Positions 18,016-28,400 of a stretch of 64,000 bases of DNA are shown here, one piece after another. The first letter of the stretch is position 1. Each line of letters begins with the position of its first letter. A program made the position numbers and the translations under genes. A model generated the notes under the pieces. It did no database searches. It worked only from the letters and a program-made list of their open reading frames with translations, and was not told where the DNA came from. The DNA is from Candidatus Micrarchaeia archaeon (GTDB lineage Archaea > Micrarchaeota > Micrarchaeia > Anstonellales > J096): the NCBI GenBank assembly GCA_041500865.1, contig JBGQMY010000001.1, positions 1-64,000 of the forward strand, given 5' to 3'.

Positions 18016-19122
18016 TCATCTTCTTCTTTTTGCAAGCTCTTCCGGGGATATCTTTATGCCAGCCTTGCGGTAAGCCATTGAGATATCCTCATAGGTTAGT
18101 TGCAATGTATAGCCATGCTCTTTTTTTAGCTTTTCCAGCTCCATGGCATGCCCTTTCCATGCGTTTTTTGCCTCTCTTTTCATGCCGGCCTTCTCAAAAT
18201 TGACTGCCGCAGCGCCGGAAGAAGGCATCTTGAGGTAAATTTCTGCAATGGCGTCAAATGCCTTAGCTTTCCGGTATTGCACCAAAGCGAAATGTTGGTT
18301 GCCTGATGCCAAAAACAGGTCGCCGGCTCTCCTTTCCATGCCAGGGACTTTCCTGTACATCCTTGCAGCAAACATCAGGTAATTTCTCCTGAATGTGTCC
18401 AACCCTGAAGACGAATAGGCACGGAGCATCTTGAATCCCTCGGCAAAGGAATCCTTATACATCTGCTCATAAATCTTTCCTGCTTTCCTGTATTCGCCCA
18501 TGGATGCAAACATGTTCGCAGCCTGCGCGGTCTTGCCAGAAGCCAGAAGGCTGGCGGCCGCTTCATTGCCTTTTTCCATCAGTTCTGGCGCAACGGCGCG
18601 CATCCTATTGGCAGAGGCACGCAATGCGGGCTTTGCCACAGAACCGCGGACTTTCCTTAGCACCACTCCGAGCCTCTCAGCCTCCCCGATGATGGCTCCG
18701 CGCTTCGTGATTGCCTGCAGCGCCACCGCGCCAACTGCAAAAGCCGGCAACGTCCACCCCGAACCGCCTTGGCGCAGCTCATCGTGCGCCTTTTTTGTGT
18801 CTTCAGCCAAAATAGAAAAGTAATCAATGGAATCGCTGAAACGCTCAAGGGCGCCTGCGAACTTTGGCGAAGACGCATCCCCCAGGCTCAAGATGCGCCT
18901 TAGGGACAGATAGTCTGTCTCAAGCGAAGTGAACGCTTCCCTGAGCGGCGACTTGTCAAGCCTGCCCGTGGCTTTCTCAATTGAATTTGTCGTGTCCAAC
19001 GCCCAGCGCATGGCCTCTGCGGCATTCTTTGTGTAAAAATCCGGCATGGGGGCCTTTTGGGGAATTGGCCCTTTCTCCTTTTCGGAATTTGGTTTCGCCG
19101 CGCGCAAAGCATCCTCAGCCAT
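18016..19122 (-). CDS. Hypothetical helical-repeat (TPR-like) protein with central hydrophobic segment
   Basis: Repeats like AANMF..MGEYRKAG, AGDLF..SG, AAVNFEKAG. Confidence 0.55.
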   Translation of the reverse strand: MAEDALRAAKPNSEKEKGPIPQKAPMPDFYTKNAAEAMRWALDTTNSIEKATGRLDKSPLREAFTSLETDYLSLRRILSLGDASSPKFAGALERFSDSIDYFSILAEDTKKAHDELRQGGSGWTLPAFAVGAVALQAITKRGAIIGEAERLGVVLRKVRGSVAKPALRASANRMRAVAPELMEKGNEAAASLLASGKTAQAANMFASMGEYRKAGKIYEQMYKDSFAEGFKMLRAYSSSGLDTFRRNYLMFAARMYRKVPGMERRAGDLFLASGNQHFALVQYRKAKAFDAIAEIYLKMPSSGAAAVNFEKAGMKREAKNAWKGHAMELEKLKKEHGYTLQLTYEDISMAYRKAGIKISPEELAKRRR

Positions 19123-19179
19123 AAGGATATGTCATTGGGCATGTATTTAAACGCTGATGCTGGCAGCCAAAAATGGGCA

Positions 19180-19647
19180 TTAGAGGAACATGCTGAAAAC
19201 AAGCTCGTCCTCGCCCTTGTAATAATGGTCCTTCAGCGTGGCCTCATGCCTGAACCCGAGCGTTCCGTAAAACGACTGGGCGTTCTTGTTTGACGCGTGC
19301 GTAAGCAGGTAAACCTTCCGGAGATTGTGGCCGTTCAATCCATAGAATTTCTTGGCGTCCGCAAGCAGCGCGGAAAACAGGGCCGTCGCAATCCCCTTTG
19401 AACGGGATTCGGGAAGCACTGCAATCCTGTCCATCTCCGCAAGCCCGTGCTTCGTCAGGCCATGCATGGTCCAGCTCGCAAGGCCTACGATTTTGCCGTT
19501 GTCGTCAGCAACGACATAGCGGTGGCCGTGGGACAGTTCATTGAGGAAGGCGGCCTTCGCCTCTTCAAACGTTTCCATGTTGTAGCCTCGCAACAGCACT
19601 TCAGCTACGCCGCCAGCGTCGCCAACTGTCCCTATCCTAAGCATCAT
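19180..19647 (-). CDS. GNAT acetyltransferase
   Basis: IAVLPESRSKGIA, N..AQSFY..LGF; start overlaps glmS stop. Confidence 0.85.
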   Translation of the reverse strand: MMLRIGTVGDAGGVAEVLLRGYNMETFEEAKAAFLNELSHGHRYVVADDNGKIVGLASWTMHGLTKHGLAEMDRIAVLPESRSKGIATALFSALLADAKKFYGLNGHNLRKVYLLTHASNKNAQSFYGTLGFRHEATLKDHYYKGEDELVFSMFL

Positions 19648-21467
19648 TCCACAGTCACCGACTTTGCAAGGTTCTTGGGCTTGTCTATGTCGCATTCCCT
19701 GAGCCTTGCTATATGGTATGCAAGCAATTGGAGCGGAAGCACGGTAAGGAACGGATAGGCAAGGCCGCTTGTCTTTGGGACGAACAAAACGGTGTCGCTT
19801 ATCCTCTTGATTTCCGTGTCGCCTTCCGTAGCTATTGATATGACGATTCCTCCCCGCGCCCTTATCTCCTCTATGTTGCTCCTTATCTTGTCATAGGAGC
19901 TGTCCTGCACCGCGATTATCACGACCGGCATGGACCTGTCTATGAGGGCTATCGGCCCGTGCTTCATCTCGGCTGCAGGATACCCTTCAGCATGGATGTA
20001 GCTGACCTCCTTCAGCTTCAGCGCGCCCTCCAGCGCTATGGGATAGTTGGTTCCCCTGCCAAGGTACAGGGCATTGGGCCTTGCGAAGTGCTTCTGCGCT
20101 GTTTTGACTATTTCGCTGTCCTTCTTCAGAAGCTCCGCCATCTGCGAGGGTATCCGCTCAAGGAACGCCAGCCTCTCTTTCAGGTGTTCTTCGTCCCATG
20201 AGCCCCTAAGCTGGGCAAGGTACACGCCGAAAAGGTAAAGCGCCGCAAGCTGGCTCGTGAACGCCTTTGTTGACGCAACGCCCATCTCCATCCCTGCCCT
20301 TGTGTATATGCATTCGTCACTCTCCCTCGGAAGCGAGCTGCCCATGACATTGCAGATAGAAAGCACCTTTGCGTTCTTGGATTTCGCCTCGCGGACAGCA
20401 GCAAGCGTGTCCGCCGTCTCCCCGGACTGGCTTATCGCAATCACCAATGTGTCCTTGCCTATTATGGGGTTCCTGTACCTGAACTCCGAAGCGTAATCCA
20501 CCTCGGTCGGGATTTTCGCAAGCGACTCGAGCATGAACTTTCCGGCTATGCCTGCATGCCACGACGTCCCGCACGCGACAATCTTGACCATCTTTATTTT
20601 TTTTAGGTAATCTTCGTCAAGCCTGAAATTTTCAAAAACAACCTTTCCGCCATTTATCCTTCCGCGAAGCGTTTCCCTTATGGCGTCCGGCTGCTCGTAT
20701 ATCTCCTTCAGCATGAAATGCCCGTATTTGCCCTTCTGTGCCTGCGACATGCCGTAATCCAGCGTTTCTGCTTTCCTGTTTACCTTTTTCCCTGTCACGA
20801 AGTTGCTTATCTCCAGCGTCCCGTCAATGGCCGCCATGTCGCTGTCTTCCAGGAAAACGGCCTTGTTCGTGTATCCGAGGAATGCGGGGACGTCTGATGC
20901 CACGAAATGGCCCTTGTCGCCGATTCCAATGACCAAGGGAGACGATTTCCTCGCTGCAAGCATGCCCCTGAAGCCTGAATGGATGGCGACTATGGCAAAG
21001 CTGCCTTCCAGTTGGTTAAGCGTCTCCCTGAAAGCGTCCCTGAAGCCCATGCCTTTCTTCATGTTATATTCTATTAGGCAGGGTATGACTTCGGTGTCAG
21101 TCTGGCTCCTGAACTGCACGCCGTTTTCCTCAAGGAATGATTTTAATTCGTAGTAGTTCTCTATTATGCCGTTGTGGACTACTGCGGTCTTCCTGTCTTG
21201 GGAAAGGTGCGGGTGCGCGTTTGACTCAGTGACCTTTCCGTGCGTCGCCCACCTTGTGTGGCCTATCGTGAGGCCGCTTTGCGGAAGACCCAGCGAGGAG
21301 AGCTCAATGCCGCCTATCCTTCCCACTTTTCTGACAAGGTTTATCTTTTCCTTGTCAGCCGAGGCGATGCCCCAGGAATCATAGCCCCTGTATTCTAGCT
21401 GCTTGAGCCCTTTGAGCACGATTTCGTTGGCGTCCCCTTCGCCAAGATAGCCGATTATCCCGCACAT
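19644..21467 (-). CDS. glmS: Glutamine--fructose-6-phosphate aminotransferase
   Basis: MCGIIG, LEYRGYDS, GHTRWATHG, SQSGETADT, PKNLAKSVTVE. Confidence 0.98.
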   Translation of the reverse strand: MCGIIGYLGEGDANEIVLKGLKQLEYRGYDSWGIASADKEKINLVRKVGRIGGIELSSLGLPQSGLTIGHTRWATHGKVTESNAHPHLSQDRKTAVVHNGIIENYYELKSFLEENGVQFRSQTDTEVIPCLIEYNMKKGMGFRDAFRETLNQLEGSFAIVAIHSGFRGMLAARKSSPLVIGIGDKGHFVASDVPAFLGYTNKAVFLEDSDMAAIDGTLEISNFVTGKKVNRKAETLDYGMSQAQKGKYGHFMLKEIYEQPDAIRETLRGRINGGKVVFENFRLDEDYLKKIKMVKIVACGTSWHAGIAGKFMLESLAKIPTEVDYASEFRYRNPIIGKDTLVIAISQSGETADTLAAVREAKSKNAKVLSICNVMGSSLPRESDECIYTRAGMEMGVASTKAFTSQLAALYLFGVYLAQLRGSWDEEHLKERLAFLERIPSQMAELLKKDSEIVKTAQKHFARPNALYLGRGTNYPIALEGALKLKEVSYIHAEGYPAAEMKHGPIALIDRSMPVVIIAVQDSSYDKIRSNIEEIRARGGIVISIATEGDTEIKRISDTVLFVPKTSGLAYPFLTVLPLQLLAYHIARLRECDIDKPKNLAKSVTVE

Positions 21468-21601
21468 CAAGGAAGGATTGGGACTGATGGGATTTTATTT
21501 GTTCCTGCAATCCAGCTTTTGCAAATGCGGGCCAAAATGCCATCATGGGACGGCAAGAACGTTTAAAAACCTTAGCCGGCAAGTAAAGCAACTGCAATTT
21601 A

Positions 21602-21674
21602 GCCTCGATAGCTCAGCTGGTAGAGCGTCCGACTGTTAATCGGAAGGTCGTAGGTTCAAATCCTACTCGGGGCG
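21602..21674 (+). tRNA. tRNA-Asn(GTT), no intron, CCA not encoded
   Basis: Acceptor GCCTCGA/TCGGGGC, D arm GCTC/GAGC, anticodon arm TCCGA-CTGTTAA-TCGGA, T arm GTAGG-TTCAAAT-CCTAC. Confidence 0.97.
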
Positions 21675-21681
21675 ATATCGC

Positions 21682-22143
21682 CTATTTATTTATACACTCC
21701 TGGAACGCCGCTATGAATGCCTTTGACTGCTCCGGATTGGCAATTATCATCATATGGGCTTCAGCAATAGCCCATTTTTCTGGGTCTGGATTTTTGCTGC
21801 CAAAGAAAGCGATTTGCAACGGCGTCCTGTTGGTCATATTGCCCCTGGCATTAATGTCTGCGCCGTGTTCAATCAGAAGCGCATAGGTTTCGGAATTTCC
21901 GCACCATGCTGCATAGTGCAGCGCAGTCCAGCCCCCCGCATCTGTTGCGTTTATCTCGGCCCCAAGCTCCAGGAGACGCATTACTTCCTTATTGTTGCCA
22001 ACATTGGCATAATCCAGAAGCTCACTATTGAGCCGCGCCTGGCGCTCTGCCGTAAGCCTCGGCCTTTCGCTCGGCAGGCCCTCCCTCGGAAGCCTGGGCT
22101 TTGGACGATTTGGGGCCCTGCCGGCTTCAAGACGCTCTGTCAT
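21682..22143 (-). CDS. Ankyrin-repeat protein
   Basis: GWTALHYAA, LIEHGADIN; tail FIAAFQECINK. Confidence 0.9.
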   Translation of the reverse strand: MTERLEAGRAPNRPKPRLPREGLPSERPRLTAERQARLNSELLDYANVGNNKEVMRLLELGAEINATDAGGWTALHYAAWCGNSETYALLIEHGADINARGNMTNRTPLQIAFFGSKNPDPEKWAIAEAHMMIIANPEQSKAFIAAFQECINK

Positions 22144-22196
22144 GGATATTCAGTTAATAATAATGTTTAAAAATGTTTTGTATCATAATAGGCAAC

Positions 22197-22724
22197 ATGG
22201 ACAAAAAACAGCTCGGCAAGAACAAATTGAAAGGTAACGCTACTCAGAAGATGCCTAATGTTAAAAAGGCCGTAAGCGCAGGCAAGGACGCCCTTGATGC
22301 AAAACTGGTTGCAGCCCAGGCTGTCAAAGCGCCGGCGCCAAAGGCTGCCGCTGACAAGCTGAAGCTGACGCAGGTGGAGCCTGAAGTTCCGCTTAAGGAA
22401 ACGCTGAAGTCTGCGTGGAACAAGACTGCCCACGTGGTCACCGTCCTGAAGAACATTGTCTGGAAGGCGGTTATCCCGGTTGCTGTAGCAGATTATGCCA
22501 TCCAAACAATAAACGCATGCCAGCACACCACCAAGGGCCTGATTGTCGGCATTTCCACTGGATTTAACGCGGTTATGCAGCAGATTAAGCCTATTGTGGC
22601 ATGGGGAGCAGGGCACACGTTGGGCGTAGTCTTAATAGTTGTTGGCTACATAGCGCTCAACAGGGCCCTGAAGTTCAGGTTCCATACCGCTTCCGCAAAT
22701 GAATCCGCAGCGGAACAGAAATAA
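22197..22724 (+). CDS. Hypothetical membrane protein with Lys/Ala-rich N-terminus
   Basis: Basic low-complexity N-term, hydrophobic C-terminal segments, T-rich run after stop. Confidence 0.55.
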   Translation: MDKKQLGKNKLKGNATQKMPNVKKAVSAGKDALDAKLVAAQAVKAPAPKAAADKLKLTQVEPEVPLKETLKSAWNKTAHVVTVLKNIVWKAVIPVAVADYAIQTINACQHTTKGLIVGISTGFNAVMQQIKPIVAWGAGHTLGVVLIVVGYIALNRALKFRFHTASANESAAEQK

Positions 22725-22781
22725 TTTTATTTTTTTAGGTTTCTATTTTTCCTTCTTTTCACTAAAATTATAGAAGCGAGC

Positions 22782-24041
22782 TCAAAGCGATTTTAGTCCG
22801 CCTGCTATCCTCTTGATGCGCCTTGCCAGTGCGCCGGAATCCGCGCTCTCAAGGCAGGCAACAAGGTTCTTGTCTGAGACCTCTTGTGCGTATTTTTTGC
22901 AGCGCGCGCTTAGCTCCTCAGAGGCGCTGCCCATATATGCCAGCGCAAGCCCGAATTTCAGGATTTCCATTGAATAGCCCACATTAATGCCTTCAAGGTC
23001 AGCCAACGTTATCGCCGCCTTGGCGCGTATTGATTCCTTAGAAGATTCCATCTTCGGGAAGCCCTTGGCAAGGAGATATTCCATGATTGAGCGCTCATCC
23101 GCAAACTTTCCCCTGTGCGTTGAAAGCAGGTATTTCAGGACTGCGCGGTATATGCGCTCCTCGTCTGCCCTGTTGGCCTTGGCATTGCCCCAAAGCCCGC
23201 CCGAAGGGAAGTCAGAAAGCGATTTGTTGGAATAAATCCTTATCATGGTTTCTCCGGCAAAGGCAAGGAGCCGGAACTCGTCCTCCAAAAATCTGTCGGC
23301 AAGGATGGCTGGCCTCAAGGCGCCAATGTCCCCATCATTCTCGCATCTTTCGCCGGAGACGAACTGGAACCTCCTGACCACGACGATATTGCCTATGCCC
23401 TCAGTTGCCTTGTCCCCATAAAGAAGGGCTTCCTGTATCGCGGCATTGAGCAGGTTGCCTTCGTCCCTAAGCGCGGATATTTTTTCAACTATTTCCTTCG
23501 TAGTGCCTTCATTAACCCTTATTGCGTCTGCAATTGCTGAAACGTCCTTGGCAGAAAGCATGCGGATAATGGCAACCATATTCCTTGCCTGTAAAGGAAA
23601 ATCCTGCGCCAGCCTGTTAAATTCATCTGCATAATCAGTGCTAAGCGGCAGCATCATGCTTCCGTGCATGTACTCTATCAGGTCGGCCGTTATGAAGCCA
23701 TCGCCCCTTTTCGCAGTCTCCCTTGGAGCCCTGACCATGTCATGCAGAAGCCCTGCCATTATCGAAAGCGCAACCGCCTTTGGCCTTTCCGGGGAATGCT
23801 CCGGCATTGCATCCATTATGTATTCTGCCCCCGCCAGCGCTGTCCTGAGCATATGGCCGCTGTTGTGCGCAGCCTGCCTGATGTGCGTTGCTTCCTGCTT
23901 GGAATAGATAGAAATGCAGGAATCCGCGAATGCGCCGAGCTTTTTGGCCAGCGCATTGGAATTTGTAAAGACATCGCGGACGCGATTTGCTGCATAGACA
24001 GCCTCTTCCCCAATTGATTTATGGAGCTTGTTTTTTGTCAT
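22782..24041 (-). CDS. HD-domain protein
   Basis: H...H, GLLHDM, later GD; ATGA overlap with upstream methyltransferase. Confidence 0.65.
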   Translation of the reverse strand: MTKNKLHKSIGEEAVYAANRVRDVFTNSNALAKKLGAFADSCISIYSKQEATHIRQAAHNSGHMLRTALAGAEYIMDAMPEHSPERPKAVALSIMAGLLHDMVRAPRETAKRGDGFITADLIEYMHGSMMLPLSTDYADEFNRLAQDFPLQARNMVAIIRMLSAKDVSAIADAIRVNEGTTKEIVEKISALRDEGNLLNAAIQEALLYGDKATEGIGNIVVVRRFQFVSGERCENDGDIGALRPAILADRFLEDEFRLLAFAGETMIRIYSNKSLSDFPSGGLWGNAKANRADEERIYRAVLKYLLSTHRGKFADERSIMEYLLAKGFPKMESSKESIRAKAAITLADLEGINVGYSMEILKFGLALAYMGSASEELSARCKKYAQEVSDKNLVACLESADSGALARRIKRIAGGLKSL

Positions 24042-25195
24042 GCAACCGCCTTTCTTTTTGCCATTGAGACGACATTGAGGTTGCCCTTGTTCCTCTTCTT
24101 GGTCACAAGCCTGTATTTTTCCATGCACTCCCTGTCAAAGCAGAAGCCGTTCTCAGCAAAGGCTGTTTCACGCCTCCACGCCCTTTCATGGCCCTCAACC
24201 ACGTATATGGGCGACTTTGTCCCCTTTTCCGCAAAAATCTTGCCTACCTCAAACCAGAACTTCAGTATCGCCGCGTCAGCCTTCCTCTCGTCTTCAGAGA
24301 GGTTGGCAAATGCCAGGCCGCAGGAAAATGCGTCAAGATTAAAATATTTCCTGAATGCTGCTGCCCGTTCCTCCACAAAAGGCACCACAAGCGGCGCGCC
24401 TGCGCTAATGCGTTTAAAAACGTCTTTTTCTATTTCCGCATTCCTGTGTCCTGAACTGTGGTTGGCAAGCAAAGTAAGAAGCCAGTAAACCCTTTCCGGC
24501 TTCTCCGAAAGCCCGTCATACCAGTCCCCGCTGATGAGAGGGGCGTTTGGCTTAAGGGTCTTGGACATGGCCCCAAGATGGAAATTGAATGAGTTGTGGT
24601 GTATCGCCGCATTGGTTATGGCCATGTCAATTGAACCTGGCTTGATTTGCCGCAACGCCTCGGTTTCAGTCAGGTTATATACAACCGCAATGTTGGCTGC
24701 TGCCGTATTTATCTTCCTTATGGCATCAAGCGCTGCCTTTGTCCTGCTTGAGGACGGCTCAATGAGGGTAAGTTTTATGTTCGGGACTATTGTGCCGCCC
24801 AAGGCCGAAAGCATGGCCATTGACGTTGCGCCTGCGCCTGCGCCCACATCTAGCACAGATATGATTCCGTTCTTGCTGTGGGCAGATGCTGAGGCATATC
24901 CTCCTATTAGGGCATTCATGGTCGCATTCACGTCGCCGAGGCCCGCATTTTCCGAGGCCTTGCCCACAAGCGCGTTCAGCGAAGGGTCTGTGTCCTTCCA
25001 TTCAACGGAATATGCCTCCTGCGATGCGCCATAAAGCCAGCCTATGTTTTCAGGGGTTATGCCTATGCCCCAGTTCCTGTATGAATACGAGGTTGCCCTC
25101 AGGATGCTGCCAAGCGGAACAGGGGACCAAGACGTAAGGTCATCAATCTCGCGAACCCGCCTCTCTATGTCCTTTGTTGAGGTTAATATGTCCAT
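24038..25195 (-). CDS. Class I SAM-dependent methyltransferase
   Basis: VLDVGAGAG, LIEPS, D....NAAIHH, LKP..PLISGD. Confidence 0.8.
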   Translation of the reverse strand: MDILTSTKDIERRVREIDDLTSWSPVPLGSILRATSYSYRNWGIGITPENIGWLYGASQEAYSVEWKDTDPSLNALVGKASENAGLGDVNATMNALIGGYASASAHSKNGIISVLDVGAGAGATSMAMLSALGGTIVPNIKLTLIEPSSSRTKAALDAIRKINTAAANIAVVYNLTETEALRQIKPGSIDMAITNAAIHHNSFNFHLGAMSKTLKPNAPLISGDWYDGLSEKPERVYWLLTLLANHSSGHRNAEIEKDVFKRISAGAPLVVPFVEERAAAFRKYFNLDAFSCGLAFANLSEDERKADAAILKFWFEVGKIFAEKGTKSPIYVVEGHERAWRRETAFAENGFCFDRECMEKYRLVTKKRNKGNLNVVSMAKRKAVA

Positions 25196-25290
25196 GGTTG
25201 TATTGTGTAGATAAATGTTTAAAAATAGTGGTTATTATCCGCTCTTTATAAAGATTACTTAGCCGTAACAGGGCATGATTTGGTGAGAAT

Positions 25291-26382
25291 ATGGTCTATG
25301 TGAAATCGGTTGCGCCAACAAATATAGCGGTCGTGAAATACTGGGGGAAGAACCCCTTGTGGGAAACGTACATGATACCCACCAAGAGCTCAGTCTCTTT
25401 TACTGTTGAGGGATTCCAGAGCGAAACCGAGCTGGACGCGCAGGCAGGCAGCGGCAAGGTGGAGTTCACGCTCAACGACAAAGCCATAACGCCGGACATG
25501 AAGGAATACGAATACGTGAAGGACATGTTCGGAAAGGCGTTTGAGCTGTTTCCAAACACCAAAAAGTACGATTATGCCGTAAAGAGCAGGAACAACTTCC
25601 CGACTGCGGCAGGATACGCCTCCTCGGCAAGCGGATTCGCGGCGCTTGCAAGGGCGCTCCAGGGCGCAATGAAGAGGCTTGAACCCGAGTTTTACGGAAA
25701 ATACATGGCAAATGACAGGCTGCTTTCGGTTTTTGCGAGGCTGGGCAGCGGCTCCGCGACAAGGAGCGTGCCGAAGAAGGGTGGGTTCGTGCTTTGGAGG
25801 CGCGGCATGGGCCCAAAGGCCAAGAGTCCCGAAGGCATGGACGCAGCAGCAAAGGGGAAGGCAATATTCTCAAGCTGTTCCAAAAGCGTGCTTGCCCCGG
25901 AACACTGGCCGGAGCTCAGGATGATATACACAAAGGTGGAGGAGAAGGAGAAGAAGATAAAGAGCAGGGCAGGCATGAAAACATCTCTGCAGACGTGCCC
26001 GATATACTGGGACTGGGTGGATTACGAGGAGAAAAAGGACCTGCCGGCAGTCATTGACGCTGTCAGGGCAAAGGACTTCCAGGCATTCGCGAGGCTGGCA
26101 ATGCAATGCAGCAACGGCCTGCATGCGATTATGGGATATACGTATCCAAGGATATCATACCTTACTGAGGGAAGCCTTGCCATAATAGACGCTGTCCATG
26201 CAATGAACGAGACGGAAACAAAGGCCGCGTACACGTTTGATGCAGGGCCGAACGCGATAGTCTTCACGCTGGACAAGCATGAAAGCGAAGTGAAGTCCGC
26301 GCTTTCCGAGATAGTCGGAAGCGACAAGGTTGCAGTGACAAGGATGGGCAAGGGCTCACGGATAGAGAAGGTGGAAGGATGA
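25291..26382 (+). CDS. mvaD: Diphosphomevalonate decarboxylase
   Basis: APTNIAVVKYWGK, FPTAAGYASSASG, RLGSGSA, YTFDAGPN. Confidence 0.92.
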   Translation: MVYVKSVAPTNIAVVKYWGKNPLWETYMIPTKSSVSFTVEGFQSETELDAQAGSGKVEFTLNDKAITPDMKEYEYVKDMFGKAFELFPNTKKYDYAVKSRNNFPTAAGYASSASGFAALARALQGAMKRLEPEFYGKYMANDRLLSVFARLGSGSATRSVPKKGGFVLWRRGMGPKAKSPEGMDAAAKGKAIFSSCSKSVLAPEHWPELRMIYTKVEEKEKKIKSRAGMKTSLQTCPIYWDWVDYEEKKDLPAVIDAVRAKDFQAFARLAMQCSNGLHAIMGYTYPRISYLTEGSLAIIDAVHAMNETETKAAYTFDAGPNAIVFTLDKHESEVKSALSEIVGSDKVAVTRMGKGSRIEKVEG

Positions 26383-27476
26383 ATTCAGTAAACGTTCCTG
26401 GCAAGATACTGTTTTACGGCGGGTTCAGCGTGCTGGAAAGGGGCAACATTGCGCTAAGCGTCGCGGTCTGCGGGGAGGACGGCAGGGGCGTTGTGGCAGG
26501 TGCGGAAATAGGGGCAAGGAGGATTGTCTCGCCCCAGTTCGGGCTTGACATCAGCCCTTCGCTTGCCGACGGCCAGATAGTCTCTTATGCATACGTGTTT
26601 GCCGAGACCTACCTCAGGTCATGCGGCAAGTGGACAGGCGACATAAGGCTGAAGGTGGAAAACAGCCCTGTGTTCGGGGCCAAGGACAGGAAGACCGGGC
26701 TCGGCAGCTCGGCTGCCGCAACCGTGGCCGTGGTCAAGGCGCTGTTTGAGGCAAACGGCCTGGACTCCAGCGCGCATGTCGAGACTGTGCACAAGCTTTC
26801 GCAGCTGGCATATGCCGCATTCTCAAAGAAGGTCGGCTCCGGGTTCGACATAGCGACAAGCGCATTCGGCAGAAGCATCATATACAATAGGTATGACCCG
26901 GCCGAGATTTCGCTTCCTTCTTCGCAGGAGGGAGCGGAAATCGGAAGGGCGATAGCCGCTTCTGTCAACAGGCCATGGGGGTGGGTGAAGGCAATCCCGT
27001 TTGCGTTTCCCAATGACTACAAGATTGTGTTCTTCAACATAATAAGGGGCAGCACGTCCACGATAAGCAGCGTCAAGGCTGCCATGGAATGGAAAAAGAG
27101 CAATGGCGACGAATACAAAAGGCTGATTGCGAAGCAAAGGGACGCCGAGGCAAAGGCCATTGAAGCCCTTTCTGCGCATAAGAGCGCCGACGTCAGAAAA
27201 TACACCCATGTTGCGCGCGAGGCCCACCAGGAGCTGCAGAAAAGGGTCAAGGGGGCCGTGCCGGATTTTGACCCAATAGAGCCGGAACAGCTGACTGCCA
27301 TAATACAGGATGCGGAGAAGATGGACGGAATTGTAGCCGGACGGTGCCCTGGCGCAGGCGGATATGACGGCGTGGCCTTCATAGCCGAAAGCAGATTTAG
27401 GGAAACTGGGGAGATAGCCGGGCTTGGGAAAAGGCATGGCCTGAAGCTCGAGCACATACCTTTGAGGGTGCTTTGA
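26379..27476 (+). CDS. Phosphomevalonate kinase (ERG8/MvaK2-like GHMP kinase)
   Basis: PGKILFYGGF, KTGLGSSAA, KVGSGFDIA, PGAGGYD. Confidence 0.85.
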   Translation: MNSVNVPGKILFYGGFSVLERGNIALSVAVCGEDGRGVVAGAEIGARRIVSPQFGLDISPSLADGQIVSYAYVFAETYLRSCGKWTGDIRLKVENSPVFGAKDRKTGLGSSAAATVAVVKALFEANGLDSSAHVETVHKLSQLAYAAFSKKVGSGFDIATSAFGRSIIYNRYDPAEISLPSSQEGAEIGRAIAASVNRPWGWVKAIPFAFPNDYKIVFFNIIRGSTSTISSVKAAMEWKKSNGDEYKRLIAKQRDAEAKAIEALSAHKSADVRKYTHVAREAHQELQKRVKGAVPDFDPIEPEQLTAIIQDAEKMDGIVAGRCPGAGGYDGVAFIAESRFRETGEIAGLGKRHGLKLEHIPLRVL

Positions 27477-28355
27477 ATGCCTGGAACAGGATACGGCAAG
27501 GTCATTTTGTTTGGAGAGCATTTCGTCGTGCATAACGAGCCTGCCATAGTCGCAGGACTGAAGAACATGAGGACTGTCATGGAGATAGAGGAAGGGCCGT
27601 GGAACCCTGAACTGGACGAGCAGTCAAAGGCAGGATATTCGGCTGTTGCAAAGGCCTGTGGCATTGAGGGAAAGACATTCACGCTGAATATCAAGGAGAC
27701 TGTGCCAATAAAGCAGAACCTTGGAAGTTCGGCTGCATTTTTTGTTGCGTTCGCCAACGCGCTGAACAAAAAATACAGGCGCGGCATGAAAAAGGATGCG
27801 ATAAACAGGGCGGCATATGAAGGCGAAAAATCCATCCACGGCAAGCCCAGCGGCATAGACAATTCCGCGTCAACATACTGCAAGCCTTTGGTGTTCAGGA
27901 AAAACGCGGACGGCTCGTTCAGCATAAAGAAGCTTAGGATAGGGGCGCCGCTGCACCTTGTGATATCAAACACGGGGCCGAAAAAGGGGACAGGGGAGCT
28001 TGTTGCGCATTTCAGTTCGCTAAAAGAGAAAAATGCCATTTCAAAGGACATGCTCTCGCTTTACAAAAAGATATTCACAAACGCTAAGACCGCGATAAAG
28101 GAAGGCAATGCAGATGGGCTCGGATTCCTGATGAACGTAAACCACGGGCTGCTTGCATCATTTGGCCTTTCCACACCCAAGATAGAGGAGGCGCGGTTCC
28201 TGATGCGGGAAAACGGGGCTTTGGGCTCAAAGATAACCGGGGCAGGCGGCGGGGGCAACATAATAGGCCTTTTCAGGGGCGAGGAAGAGGCGAACAGGGC
28301 GAAGGCAGAAATGGAGAAGGAAGGATTCAAGTCCTTTTACGCAAGGATTGAGTGA
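27477..28355 (+). CDS. mvk: Mevalonate kinase
   Basis: GKVILFGEHFVV, LGSSAA, HGKPSGID, KITGAGGGG. Confidence 0.93.
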   Translation: MPGTGYGKVILFGEHFVVHNEPAIVAGLKNMRTVMEIEEGPWNPELDEQSKAGYSAVAKACGIEGKTFTLNIKETVPIKQNLGSSAAFFVAFANALNKKYRRGMKKDAINRAAYEGEKSIHGKPSGIDNSASTYCKPLVFRKNADGSFSIKKLRIGAPLHLVISNTGPKKGTGELVAHFSSLKEKNAISKDMLSLYKKIFTNAKTAIKEGNADGLGFLMNVNHGLLASFGLSTPKIEEARFLMRENGALGSKITGAGGGGNIIGLFRGEEEANRAKAEMEKEGFKSFYARIE

Positions 28356-28400
28356 TTCCATTGTTTTGTGCGGCCCAGCCATCGGTTTTGCCTGGGATTG

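Noticed and set aside
21468..21600. glmS ribozyme upstream of glmS
   Set aside because: No recognisable conserved core; the region is short and holds the divergent tRNA promoter
21602..25195. tRNA-integrated island or provirus
   Set aside because: No integrase, no duplicated tRNA 3' end and no viral hallmark genes seen
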